From a virus (lineage: Duplodnaviria > Caudoviricetes), in IMG/VR virus record IMGVR_UViG_3300033141_001736, positions 1 to 54,256 of that record: a DNA stretch of 54,256 nt, one strand, 5' to 3'. A program made the position numbers and the translations under genes. Below the pieces are notes generated by a model. It had not been told where the DNA came from. It saw nothing but the letters and a program-made list of their open reading frames with translations, and ran no database searches. This document shows positions 1-8,498 of this stretch, piece after piece (positions within the stretch are counted from its first letter, which is position 1; the number at the start of each line of letters is the position of its first letter).

Positions 1-1
1 C

Positions 2-196
2 TCTCACGGCGCTTTCTCTCAAATCCAATATCTCTAGGAACCTATGATGCTCAGGATAGGCCGCCCATAGTGCCAACTGAACCCAACACGCATTGGGCCA
101 TAGGCGGTCGGCCAGGCGCGCGATCCACCATCGAAGCCCATTGCGGGCCCATCTAGCGTCCATATTCTGCGTAATTTGGATGCCCTCACTATCCAT
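2..196 (-). CDS. hypothetical protein, truncated at window edge
   Basis: Hand-translated MDSEGIQITQNMDARWARNGLRWW...; AGGAG upstream; frame stays open to the window start. Confidence 0.5.
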   Translation of the reverse strand, partial: MDSEGIQITQNMDARWARNGLRWWIARLADRLWPNACWVQLALWAAYPEHHRFLEILDLRESAVR

Positions 197-386
197 CTTT
201 GCGCTCCTCATACATCTCGCAGTCCTCAGCGAGATCGGACCAGCCGCCATCGAACCACACCACATTGCTTGGCGTCTCGTCGCCTTCGTACACCCATCTA
301 GGCGCGGGCGCCTCGCAAGAACCCCAATTCTTGTATCCCTGGCTTTGAGCATGTCGGCATTTGCCGCACGACTTCTTGCCCATCAC
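189..386 (-). CDS. small Cys-rich hypothetical protein
   Basis: ORF track; starts inside the GGAGGATGAGTGATG junction motif. Confidence 0.6.
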   Translation of the reverse strand: MMGKKSCGKCRHAQSQGYKNWGSCEAPAPRWVYEGDETPSNVVWFDGGWSDLAEDCEMYEERKDG

Positions 387-556
387 TCATCCTCCCCATG
401 TTCCACCGCGGCTATGGCCTCGCGTAGGTCATTCGCCACATCCTCTCTCGTGACCATAGTGCCATATCGTTGACCTCGCTCGTCCAACAATCGCTGGTAG
501 CAATCCAGCATTGCGGCTGCTAACTCGTCTCTAGCTGCCCCTTTCTCATCCATCAT
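383..556 (-). CDS. 57-aa hypothetical protein (below ORF-track cutoff)
   Basis: Hand-translated MMDEKGAARDELAAAMLDCYQRLL...EHGEDE; ATGA overlap with the upstream gene; fills the gap exactly. Confidence 0.6.
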   Translation of the reverse strand: MMDEKGAARDELAAAMLDCYQRLLDERGQRYGTMVTREDVANDLREAIAAVEHGEDE

Positions 557-816
557 TTATCTTCCCCATACTGAGGCCATATTGTTCCTCTCGCCTCATG
601 CGCGCTCATTCCCCGTTCAAGCAAATCGGCATAGGCGCGAAGTTTTTCTGCCTCAGCCTTAAGTGTTGCAATGCGCTTCTGTGCCCATTGTCCGTATTCT
701 CGCTCGGAACATCGGTCGCAAGGCCATACCAAAATCAAATCTTCATTCTTGACTTCAGTGTCTAGTGCGTCGCGGCAGATTCCGCATTGCACAAACACAT
801 CATTGATGTCGATCAT
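553..816 (-). CDS. hypothetical protein with CxxC pairs
   Basis: CGIC...CDRC; AAGGAG RBS. Confidence 0.6.
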   Translation of the reverse strand: MIDINDVFVQCGICRDALDTEVKNEDLILVWPCDRCSEREYGQWAQKRIATLKAEAEKLRAYADLLERGMSAHEARGTIWPQYGEDK

Positions 817-828
817 CGTGCGTTCTCC

Positions 829-1275
829 TTACTCTCCGCAATTGGGTAGCTCCTCGTATTTCTTTCCGTCGAGCATGTTTCCTCCCCAAGTCCCATCGAC
901 CCTGTTCGTGCCTCCCCACTGCTTGAACCAGAAGGGAACACCATACTTGACGCACTGGTCTCGGATGGCCCGAACCCACTCCGGTTTCATCGGCCTAGCG
1001 TTTGGACCGCTCTCGCCGCCAACAATCACCTCTATCGGCACGGTCTCCAAGAAGAAGTCAGACCATGAGCAGACGAAAATCCGCTTCGGCTCTTTCCACT
1101 TCAGCGGCTCCTCAAAGGTCGTTTTACTGCGGCGTAGCTTGGTCGGGTCGTGGCCGAAGCGGCTCTGCTCGCGGAACATATAGCAGTTTTTGCACCCTGC
1201 GCTGACCTTTGTGCATCCCATCCATGGGTTCCAAGTGGTATGCGCCCATTCTATGCCAGTCTGCCTGCCCATCAC
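829..1275 (-). CDS. DUF5131 / phage Gp37-Gp68 family protein, internally shortened
   Basis: [54 protein letters not shown] motifs; only 148 aa. Confidence 0.85.
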   Translation of the reverse strand: [148 protein letters not shown]

Positions 1276-1949
1276 TCATCCTCCCTGGCCGGCGCAATCC
1301 CAAGCGTCGCCCGCGGGCGCTCGCTACCCTCTATGGTGTAACATGCGACATTCACCCCAGAGAGAGGCTGCTTTTCTCGCGCTATCCTTCGGATGACAGA
1401 AATCAACATTGCCATTTCATTTGCTTTCGCAGACTCGAAATAGGCGCTTTGCCGCTTTATCTCCACCCTGTTTTTGTATGCTACCAGCACGCCCCATTTC
1501 TCTGGTGCGTTTGCCAGAACATAGTCCACTAGGTCCGGAGGCACCAAGTAATAGCGTTCATTCCCTTTGCCCAGGGCCTCAATCGTTCTGCGCCCGACCT
1601 TCCATTTGTCGGCATCGAAATCCGAACACGTGGCCTTGCACTCAACAAGCGTTGAATATCCGCCGCGCCAGCCTATAGCGTCTGGTTCCTCTCCCCCAAC
1701 CGCCATCTCTGTAATCACGACCGAGCATCGCTTTGTGTTCGCAAGCCATCTGGCGGCACGCCTAACAAGATGCTCGTGGTCCATCCTTTCCTGCAAACGG
1801 GAAAACGAATAGGCATGGGTGCGGATAGTGTTATCACCATAACGAATTGTGCAATCCTCCCCCCTGTCTCGATGCATCGCCCGATGCCTTGCAATACCGA
1901 GAGGATGAAAATACTTCCTGCATCTGAAGCAGTAGCAATCTGCCATCAC
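1272..1949 (-). CDS. PD-(D/E)XK-fold (MmcB-like) protein with N-terminal Zn-finger-like segment
   Basis: E..PDAIGW..LVECK..SDF motif; N-terminal CxxC...HxxxH. Confidence 0.6.
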   Translation of the reverse strand: MMADCYCFRCRKYFHPLGIARHRAMHRDRGEDCTIRYGDNTIRTHAYSFSRLQERMDHEHLVRRAARWLANTKRCSVVITEMAVGGEEPDAIGWRGGYSTLVECKATCSDFDADKWKVGRRTIEALGKGNERYYLVPPDLVDYVLANAPEKWGVLVAYKNRVEIKRQSAYFESAKANEMAMLISVIRRIAREKQPLSGVNVACYTIEGSERPRATLGIAPAREDE

Positions 1950-2249
1950 TCATCCTCCCATTCGACTTTGAAGCGAAACTCTCTGCGCAGATACCGCAGG
2001 CCCTCACGGCTCAGGGCGAAGTCCTGCACCACATCCCCGTTCTTGTCCAGCACGTCCAGCACGATATGCCCATCATCTTCCTTTAGCATGCCGAAGGCTG
2101 CGCATCGCCGCAGATACATCTCGCATCCTTGCCAAGGGTCCTCCGGAAAGGTCGTCGCCTCATAGTAGCGAAAGCCGTTTTTGAGTGCTCTAACCGGCCG
2201 CAGGCCGCAGGGCCACAGCCCGCTGGTCCAATTCGACCGCATGGCCCAT
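1946..2249 (-). CDS. hypothetical protein, possibly frameshifted near its 5' end
   Basis: ORF 1946-2242; the RBS-associated ATG at 2249 is 7 nt out of register and a 7-bp tandem duplication lies at 2196-2209. Confidence 0.55.
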
Positions 2250-2818
2250 CACTCATCCTCCTCGCTGTATTCGCCTTCGATGAAGTCTGTCTTCGGCGGC
2301 GCCAACTGCGGCGTCATGCCCGCCTCTAGCCACAATTCGTTCAATGTTTTCTTGCCTGATGCCAGCATCCACGGTATCAAGGGCACATATGTCGGGTTCA
2401 ACTGTTTCAGGACCCATTGACCCTCCAGAACGCGGGCCACGTTATAGAGGGCAACCCGCAACGATTGCTCATGCCGTCTACGCAGGACCTCCTGCCAATT
2501 GTGTCTTCGCGACGGCTCCTTCACGGGCAGGGCGGCTATGTCAATGCGCCCATACACCATCTGTCCCCCAGGGCCTTCAATGGAGTAATGGATGATGCAG
2601 CCCGCGCGCTCGACATCACCGATGCGGTATGTGCCGCGCTGGAAGCCGTGGACGATGCCACCAAGGCGAGCTATCGCGCTCACCACTTCGGATTTCAGCC
2701 GGTCGTAGGAAAGCGTTGTGCTGATGCCCTTCCAACCGTCCGCGGCCCGCGCCTCGTCTAGGTATGGCACATCGAGCGTATGGGCATCGTTTTCGTCTGG
2801 CTCAAACACCCAGTCCAT
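2249..2818 (-). CDS. hypothetical protein
   Basis: 189-aa ORF, AAGGAG RBS, ends in the junction motif. Confidence 0.75.
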   Translation of the reverse strand: MDWVFEPDENDAHTLDVPYLDEARAADGWKGISTTLSYDRLKSEVVSAIARLGGIVHGFQRGTYRIGDVERAGCIIHYSIEGPGGQMVYGRIDIAALPVKEPSRRHNWQEVLRRRHEQSLRVALYNVARVLEGQWVLKQLNPTYVPLIPWMLASGKKTLNELWLEAGMTPQLAPPKTDFIEGEYSEEDE

Positions 2819-2865
2819 TACTCACTCCTTTATTCGGGAAGCATCGCATAGCGAATTGGCATCAC

Positions 2866-3084
2866 TCATCCTCCATGTCTCTTGCGCCATTTGCGCCAGC
2901 GGACTGCGTTCGCAAGCTCGCGTATAGCATCTGCTATCTCCCACAGGCTCAGGATTGCAACGACTGCCAATTCGGTTCGCTTCATCATTTCATGGCCGTC
3001 TCGCCTCCCGCTTATCAGTTTGGAGCCTTTCATATTGCCAAGCCATCGCTTGTAAATCTCGGCTCTTTTATCGCGCTCTTCCAT
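2866..3084 (-). CDS. hypothetical protein
   Basis: ORF track; GGGAGG RBS; operon context. Confidence 0.5.
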   Translation of the reverse strand: MEERDKRAEIYKRWLGNMKGSKLISGRRDGHEMMKRTELAVVAILSLWEIADAIRELANAVRWRKWRKRHGG

Positions 3085-3376
3085 CCCACACCTCCCGCCA
3101 CTTGTCCGGCGTGATGCCTCTGACGCCTAGGTATGCATGCTCAAAACAGAAAGCGATGTCGGGGTTTTGGCTTATGCAATTCCAGCAGTTTTCATCCTCT
3201 GAGCATATCTGCCACTTGACCAGCGTCTCCAACATTAATTCCTGTTCTATCGACCGCTCCAAAGACTTATCGACGGCCGGGCCGGTGATTGAAAATGCCA
3301 ATATACCGAGCAGGCAGCCAAACAGGAGGCCTGGCAGGAGGCAAATCAGGATAACGCCTATCAGTTGCTTTCTCAT
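3068..3376 (-). CDS. membrane-anchored hypothetical protein
   Basis: Hydrophobic N-terminus; ATGA coupling. Confidence 0.6.
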   Translation of the reverse strand: MRKQLIGVILICLLPGLLFGCLLGILAFSITGPAVDKSLERSIEQELMLETLVKWQICSEDENCWNCISQNPDIAFCFEHAYLGVRGITPDKWREVWDGRAR

Positions 3377-3882
3377 GTCTCCTCCCCATTCAAGCCACCC
3401 TGCTCAATCCATTCATCGACGGCTTTCTTGTTTCCCCAACACGCGATGGGTGCTTCGTTGTAGAGGAACTCAGCGAAGTCATGTAGCCGCCGCAGGTTCA
3501 CGTCGTCGGCTAACTTGGCTGCGCCTACAAGGTCATTGCGCAAAACAGCCAACAAAAAATCGCCGGGGCGGATGCCTTCCTCGATGTATCTCTGCATGCC
3601 GCCTCTCATATGGCTTGGCAGGATTGAGTAATTGATGCGCGCGCGAGGCTCGTCGTCGTGTTCTTGCTCGTGGGCATCCTTGACGGCTTCGAGCATTGCT
3701 TCCACAATATCCTTCATGTGCAGGATGTATCGCTCGCCCTTGTAATGAAGTATTGGCGAATGGGTAGGTATTGTTACAAAGCACTCAAACTCGACGCCGT
3801 GATATTCGCCTTTGCCAAACGTCTTGTGAAGGAACATATCATGGGGCTTCAACTTTTGAATTGGCAATCCTTTGGTCTCCAT
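3373..3882 (-). CDS. phage hypothetical protein
   Basis: Start moved to METKGL after AAAGGAGAGG; C-terminal RYIEEGIRPGDFLLAVLRNDL segment. Confidence 0.7.
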   Translation of the reverse strand: METKGLPIQKLKPHDMFLHKTFGKGEYHGVEFECFVTIPTHSPILHYKGERYILHMKDIVEAMLEAVKDAHEQEHDDEPRARINYSILPSHMRGGMQRYIEEGIRPGDFLLAVLRNDLVGAAKLADDVNLRRLHDFAEFLYNEAPIACWGNKKAVDEWIEQGGLNGEET

Positions 3883-3916
3883 CTTTCCTCTCCTTTGTTG
3901 GGGTATTTCGTCTTCT

Positions 3917-4117
3917 TCACTCGTCCTCCGGGTGAGGGTCTCGGCTCTGGCACTTCCCCGCCGCCTCACTCACTACAAATTGCACTGGCCATCCCATCAT
4001 TGCTGCCAGTCGCAAAGGCGCCTCTTTGTGGTAGCGGCACATCGGTATAGGCTCTTGTCCAGGCCAAATCAGATAGCCAATGGCAGGTCGCCCACATTCA
4101 GTTTTCTCGTCCATCAC
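3917..4117 (-). CDS. small hypothetical protein
   Basis: Flanked by junction-motif variants at both ends; ends EDE. Confidence 0.55.
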   Translation of the reverse strand: MMDEKTECGRPAIGYLIWPGQEPIPMCRYHKEAPLRLAAMMGWPVQFVVSEAAGKCQSRDPHPEDE

Positions 4118-4142
4118 TCATTCTCCTTTATCCTCCAATTTG

Positions 4143-4220
4143 AAAAAAGGCGGGGCACTGCCCATTCCACCCAACCTACTGTTTTCCTTTCTTTTGTTCT
4201 CACCCGCCAAGTGCCCCGCC
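4143..4220 (-). terminator. 11-bp stem with large loop followed by U-tract (terminator-like)
   Basis: ggcggggcact 4149-4159 / agtgccccgcc 4210-4220; A6 at 4143-4148. Confidence 0.5.
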
Positions 4221-4230
4221 CGCGGGTGGC

Positions 4231-4542
4231 TCAACCCTCCTCATATCTGGCCGCGGCCAGGGCCTCGCGCAGCTTGTCGGCCACATCTCGTGTTGTCGCT
4301 CCGGCTCCATATCGCCGCACGAATTCTGGCGTCGCCATGGCGTGAAAATCAAGGGCGAAGCGTGCTGCTTCCAAGACAGCATTCAGCACCTCAAGCAACT
4401 CAGCATTGAGAGCCTTGAGGGTGGCATACTTATTCAGAATACTTTCTGCCTCTTCGACCGATAACTCTTTGAGCGTGTGCCATTCTTGTATGAATATGTC
4501 TCGCCCGTCAATGTGCCAATCGGGTAGCTCCTCCTTCATCAC
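4231..4542 (-). CDS. hypothetical protein
   Basis: ORF track; junction-motif start. Confidence 0.65.
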   Translation of the reverse strand: MMKEELPDWHIDGRDIFIQEWHTLKELSVEEAESILNKYATLKALNAELLEVLNAVLEAARFALDFHAMATPEFVRRYGAGATTRDVADKLREALAAARYEEG

Positions 4543-4757
4543 TCATCCTCCTTCTTGCCCGGCGTCGATAGCCAATAGAAGAAGGCGAATACAGCCGTGA
4601 CGACCATGTATATTAGAGCGACGAAGGTCCACCTACCGATCTCCGCGAAGGTTTCTTGGTCGAATGTCGATCCCCACAAGGCGCTTCCAAAGAAAACGCC
4701 ACCAATCAGGATCGCGCCCGCGATGACTGCGAGCATTCTTAGAAAGCGATTCTTCAC
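4539..4757 (-). CDS. small two-TM membrane protein
   Basis: Two hydrophobic helices; AAGGAGG RBS. Confidence 0.65.
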   Translation of the reverse strand: MKNRFLRMLAVIAGAILIGGVFFGSALWGSTFDQETFAEIGRWTFVALIYMVVTAVFAFFYWLSTPGKKEDE

Positions 4758-4784
4758 AATCGTCCTCCTTGTCGCTATTGCCCA

Positions 4785-5051
4785 TCACTCATCCTCTGCT
4801 GGCTCATGGGTCATCTCAATCGTGGTCGGCTTTTCGCCTAGCCAGTTGAACTCACCCACAATGCAATCTCGCAATTTCTCTTTAGGCATCTGCGAGTAAT
4901 AGCCGTCATCAATCAGCCCGTGGTAGGCGCAGAACATGCGGATGGCGGGTATCTGGTCCTCGGGGCAATCCTCGACGTGTCGGATGAGTTTCAACAGGTC
5001 ACCAAATATTCGCACTACCTCTTCGGGTGCCAAATCCTCAAGCTCCATCAT
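4785..5051 (-). CDS. hypothetical protein
   Basis: Junction motif at both ends. Confidence 0.65.
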   Translation of the reverse strand: MMELEDLAPEEVVRIFGDLLKLIRHVEDCPEDQIPAIRMFCAYHGLIDDGYYSQMPKEKLRDCIVGEFNWLGEKPTTIEMTHEPAEDE

Positions 5052-5099
5052 TCATCCTCCTCTTTGATAATCTTGTAGATGCGAGCGCCGGTTGCCTCA

Positions 5100-5375
5100 T
5101 CAATCTTCACCAATTCGGCCTCTGGCATAGGACGGGGTTGAAGATTGTCCGGCCGTTGGTTGGCTGATGCACTCTTCGTAGCCCATCTCAATCGCCAGCG
5201 CCTTCCATTTGTCGGCTGCTATTTGTGCCTTGACCATTTCCCGCGCGACTTCGCGAAGCTGGCGCTCCGCTTCTACTCGGAATTCTTCGGTTCTCAGGAT
5301 GAGATTGACGCCCATCAGAACAGCAGCGGTTCCGACCGAGAAGCCCACAATCCCGACCCATAGCGAGATGTTCAT
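5100..5375 (-). CDS. TM-anchored coiled-coil hypothetical protein
   Basis: Start moved to MNISLW; one TM helix then a helical charged region. Confidence 0.6.
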   Translation of the reverse strand: MNISLWVGIVGFSVGTAAVLMGVNLILRTEEFRVEAERQLREVAREMVKAQIAADKWKALAIEMGYEECISQPTAGQSSTPSYARGRIGED

Positions 5376-6244
5376 TATTCTTTCCTTTCCTCCTGCCATT
5401 GTGGGCACCATTGGGCAACTGGGCAGTAGCCTTCGCATCGCGCATACTTCCTCGGTCTTTGTACGATGCTATGGCCCTTCTTCAATTCGCCGTTTTGCAC
5501 AAGGCCCTTTTCCTCGGCGTACTTGAAAATCTCCTTGTACGAAGGCATGAGGCGAATGGCACTCTTGCGGCCCTCCCGCATCAATGCCCATTGCTCGGGC
5601 GAAGCCCATCTTTCCTCGTCCGTACAGTAGCGCGGCTGCTCTGCGAAGTGGTCGCTCAGCAGTTTCTTGACAATCTCCTCGGTGACGGAACTGGGCCATG
5701 TTTCAACCGGGATAGCCATTGCGTTCCGGGGCGGATAATTCCCTCCGGCCTGCGCCCGGCTTTGGCTCCAGTCTCGGAAGATGGCGACGATTTCGAGCCT
5801 GTTGACCTCGATGCCGTTCTTATCCGCCAGCCATTTGTACATATTCAACTGCTTGGTCCAATCCTCGACGGCGTTATTGACGTAGCTCCACGCGGATGTG
5901 ACTTTGTAATCTTGTAGGGTCTTTTCCGTCAGGTGGAGCCGGTCCAGTTTTCCCGACACAACGTAGCCGTCCACAACTGCGAAAAGGCGCTTCTCCGTGA
6001 TGGCGGATGGTTCGGCGCTTTCGAGGATGTAGTGAATGGCGCTGCCGAGCAGCATCCAAATCCGCTCGCTCACATCTTCCTCTATCTCGTCGGCATGTTC
6101 CTTCCATAGCCGTCTTTGGAGGGGCGGAGACAAAAGCCCGGTGACGGTGATGTCGCTTTTCTGTGCCATATCGAAGTCGTAGTCATCGCGGGTGACGGCG
6201 GCGACCAATGCTTCCGGCAGGCCGTACTTATTTGTAATCTTCAT
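5375..6244 (-). CDS. PD-(D/E)XK exonuclease (RecB/Cas4-like)
   Basis: G.AIH.ILE, VSGKLD, LQDYK, QLNMY motifs; C-terminal Cys cluster CEGYCPVAQWC. Confidence 0.8.
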   Translation of the reverse strand: MKITNKYGLPEALVAAVTRDDYDFDMAQKSDITVTGLLSPPLQRRLWKEHADEIEEDVSERIWMLLGSAIHYILESAEPSAITEKRLFAVVDGYVVSGKLDRLHLTEKTLQDYKVTSAWSYVNNAVEDWTKQLNMYKWLADKNGIEVNRLEIVAIFRDWSQSRAQAGGNYPPRNAMAIPVETWPSSVTEEIVKKLLSDHFAEQPRYCTDEERWASPEQWALMREGRKSAIRLMPSYKEIFKYAEEKGLVQNGELKKGHSIVQRPRKYARCEGYCPVAQWCPQWQEERKE

Positions 6245-6657
6245 CGTTCTCTCCTTGGTGGTGAACACGAGTAGCAGTATTTACGGCTTTTGCTCGTCCT
6301 GACGAACTCGATGGAGCATCCTGGCTTTTCGCACATGTGCCTTTCGCCGCTGATTATGCAGCCGTCAAGGTCATCGGTTGATAATAGTGTCACCTTTTTG
6401 GCCTGCGCCTGGAAAGGCGTTGTGCCGTCTTGCTCCAAAAGGGCGAGCGTGAGCGCATACAATAACCCTCCTCCTGCTTGATAATATCCGTGCAGAACGG
6501 AGTGCAGATATTTGTATGAGAAGGCGTCCCCTTCTCGTATCTTGCCCAACTTCTTGCCCAACCAGAGCAAATCTTGACGATGCTCAGAACGTCTATATTG
6601 CTCCAGCAAGAGCCTTATTGCTGCCGCCGCGTCATTAGCCTTGAGTGGCAGTCTCAT
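6241..6657 (-). CDS. hypothetical protein with C-terminal Zn ribbon
   Basis: CEKPGC...YCYSC; ATGA coupling. Confidence 0.55.
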   Translation of the reverse strand: MRLPLKANDAAAAIRLLLEQYRRSEHRQDLLWLGKKLGKIREGDAFSYKYLHSVLHGYYQAGGGLLYALTLALLEQDGTTPFQAQAKKVTLLSTDDLDGCIISGERHMCEKPGCSIEFVRTSKSRKYCYSCSPPRRER

Positions 6658-6846
6658 CTTTTCTGGACCCCGTTTGGACTTCTTGCGGAGCATCCTGGCA
6701 GGTGTTCTCGATAGACAAGAACGAATTCGCCTTTGCCATCGCGATTGACCATCACCATACGCTCGGGTTTGGGTTCAAGCATTACAGGGTAGCCGGTGAT
6801 GGCGGACGGTACGAAGAACACAAGCGCAAGACAGTCAGGGCAGTAG

Positions 6847-7134
6847 CTATAAGATTTGAATGTCGAACCCTTTGCGCGGGATGTCGGTCCAGATTTCTTT
6901 GGAGCAGTTTCTCGGAACAGAGGCATGTAAAAGAGCCCTCCTTTCGGCGGCGGATGGCTTCACACCTGCGGATTTCACTTGGATGAAGCGCACCTTCGTA
7001 TGGTTGTATGCCACGATGTCCCAAAGGCCATGAGAACCCGCCGAGCGCACGGTATAGTAACCTTCATTCCGCAAAAGGCGGATGGCCTTGTACTCTTTAG
7101 ATGTGCCCTTGGCTTTTGAGCGGCTACGTTTCAT
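6847..7134 (-). CDS. Hjc-type Holliday junction resolvase
   Basis: KG..KE....L...GY..VRSAGS...WDIVA...FIQVKS signature. Confidence 0.8.
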   Translation of the reverse strand: MKRSRSKAKGTSKEYKAIRLLRNEGYYTVRSAGSHGLWDIVAYNHTKVRFIQVKSAGVKPSAAERRALLHASVPRNCSKEIWTDIPRKGFDIQIL

Positions 7135-7432
7135 CGAATGAAAATCTCCTTTGAAGGACGCCACCTTCTCCGATGGCGTAAAGCGGCTTGGCTTTTCTGC
7201 CTGTGTATCGGTCGGGCCTTGGCAGCCCTTCGGTCGCCAATCCCGACCTCAGCAAGACATCGACACCGCCGCAGACACTTGATAATCTCATGCCCAATTC
7301 GGTCGCGATTTCGTTGCGCGTTCGGTCGCCGCCGACGGACATGAGATGCGCCCAAATCTTGCGCTCTCGGTTCTGCTTGCGGCCCGATATGATTTCTTCT
7401 CGGTGAGCCTCGTGGGAAGTTTCGCTGACCAT
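7124..7432 (-). CDS. winged-helix DNA-binding protein
   Basis: TRNEIATELGMRLSSVCG.V..L HTH pattern. Confidence 0.7.
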   Translation of the reverse strand: MVSETSHEAHREEIISGRKQNRERKIWAHLMSVGGDRTRNEIATELGMRLSSVCGGVDVLLRSGLATEGLPRPDRYTGRKAKPLYAIGEGGVLQRRFSFDET

Positions 7433-7433
7433 C

Positions 7434-7913
7434 TCAATCCCACCCTACGGAGCAGCCGCAGTAGAAGATGTCGTATTCCTGCGGTCCTTGCGGCTCGAAG
7501 TTATCGCAGGCTTTGTAGAGCATCTTCTTCTCTTGGTTGTGGTAGTTGCGATGCAGGCCGCAGTTCTTGCAGAAGTTTTCTGCCGTGGGCGACCCTTCGC
7601 CGGTATAGACAAAGAACGGCAGGTCAAGCGATGATGGCCGTTCGCAGCGGCAGATGTGGTCCTCGTGTTTTTGGCATTCATCGAAGATGCAGTCTTTATA
7701 GTGCCGGTCGTGCCGCTTGCCGTAACCGGAGCATCTGGCCTTGCGGCCTTCGAGGTTGACCTCTTTCATCGGGATATAGGCATCGGGCGTCAGTCCTGCA
7801 TGGACTACACAAACCGGGTCGCCATCGCGGTTGACTGCCTGCGCCCTGCATCCGCATTTCATCAAAACGTTGGGGGCACCAGGGCCTTGCAGCATCAGGT
7901 CGGCTTCGTTCAT
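7434..7913 (-). CDS. Cys/His-rich hypothetical protein
   Basis: 159-aa ORF with many Cys; operon context. Confidence 0.6.
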   Translation of the reverse strand: MNEADLMLQGPGAPNVLMKCGCRAQAVNRDGDPVCVVHAGLTPDAYIPMKEVNLEGRKARCSGYGKRHDRHYKDCIFDECQKHEDHICRCERPSSLDLPFFVYTGEGSPTAENFCKNCGLHRNYHNQEKKMLYKACDNFEPQGPQEYDIFYCGCSVGWD

Positions 7914-7927
7914 TGTGTCCTCTCATT

Positions 7928-8146
7928 TCAGGTCAATTCTACGCCGTAGCGAGTGATAATCAGTTTCCCGAAATGCACCTCCCCTGCGTATTCTCTGACC
8001 ATCGACGGCGGCGCTTCCTCTTTGATAATCTCCATCGCCTCTTCGAGGTCGCTTGGGGACCAGAGCATCTCCATCTCCTGCGCAGCCGCCTCAACGTCCC
8101 CTCGGCGGGCGGCCCATTGCAATGCATTCCGCGATATACTGTGCAT
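7928..8146 (-). CDS. hypothetical protein
   Basis: AAGGAG RBS. Confidence 0.55.
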   Translation of the reverse strand: MHSISRNALQWAARRGDVEAAAQEMEMLWSPSDLEEAMEIIKEEAPPSMVREYAGEVHFGKLIITRYGVELT

Positions 8147-8267
8147 CTGCTTTTCTCCTTCCTAAGAGACGAATGCGCCGACCTGCCGCCTAGCCGCGGG
8201 AAAGGAGCCGACGCTGCGCACAAGACGAAAGGAGGTGGCGGCATGTCGCAAACAGGCCAGCGCATTC

Positions 8268-8498
8268 TTATCTCCGACTTCGAAGCCATTTCCTATTGAC
8301 CCATCCTTCCACTTCGCCATAGCGGATGGGCACAATGCGAAAGGGCCTCAATCCCTCGACCTTCACCCATTGGTAACTGCCGGTCACTTCGCAGATTTCG
8401 CCTGAGCGGGCGACGGCGATTACCTCTGCCGTGATAGGGTCGTCTGTATTGAAAATCTGGACCTCAGCGCCCAATGGGTGATAGAAGTACATCCTCAT
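8268..8498 (-). CDS. small SH3b-like protein
   Basis: G...EV....W.KV ... EGWV..KWL pattern. Confidence 0.45.
   Translation of the reverse strand: MRMYFYHPLGAEVQIFNTDDPITAEVIAVARSGEICEVTGSYQWVKVEGLRPFRIVPIRYGEVEGWVNRKWLRSRR

Noticed and set aside
5375-6244. CRISPR-associated Cas4
   Set aside because: Stand-alone PD-(D/E)XK exonuclease in a recombination context; no cas1/cas2 or array
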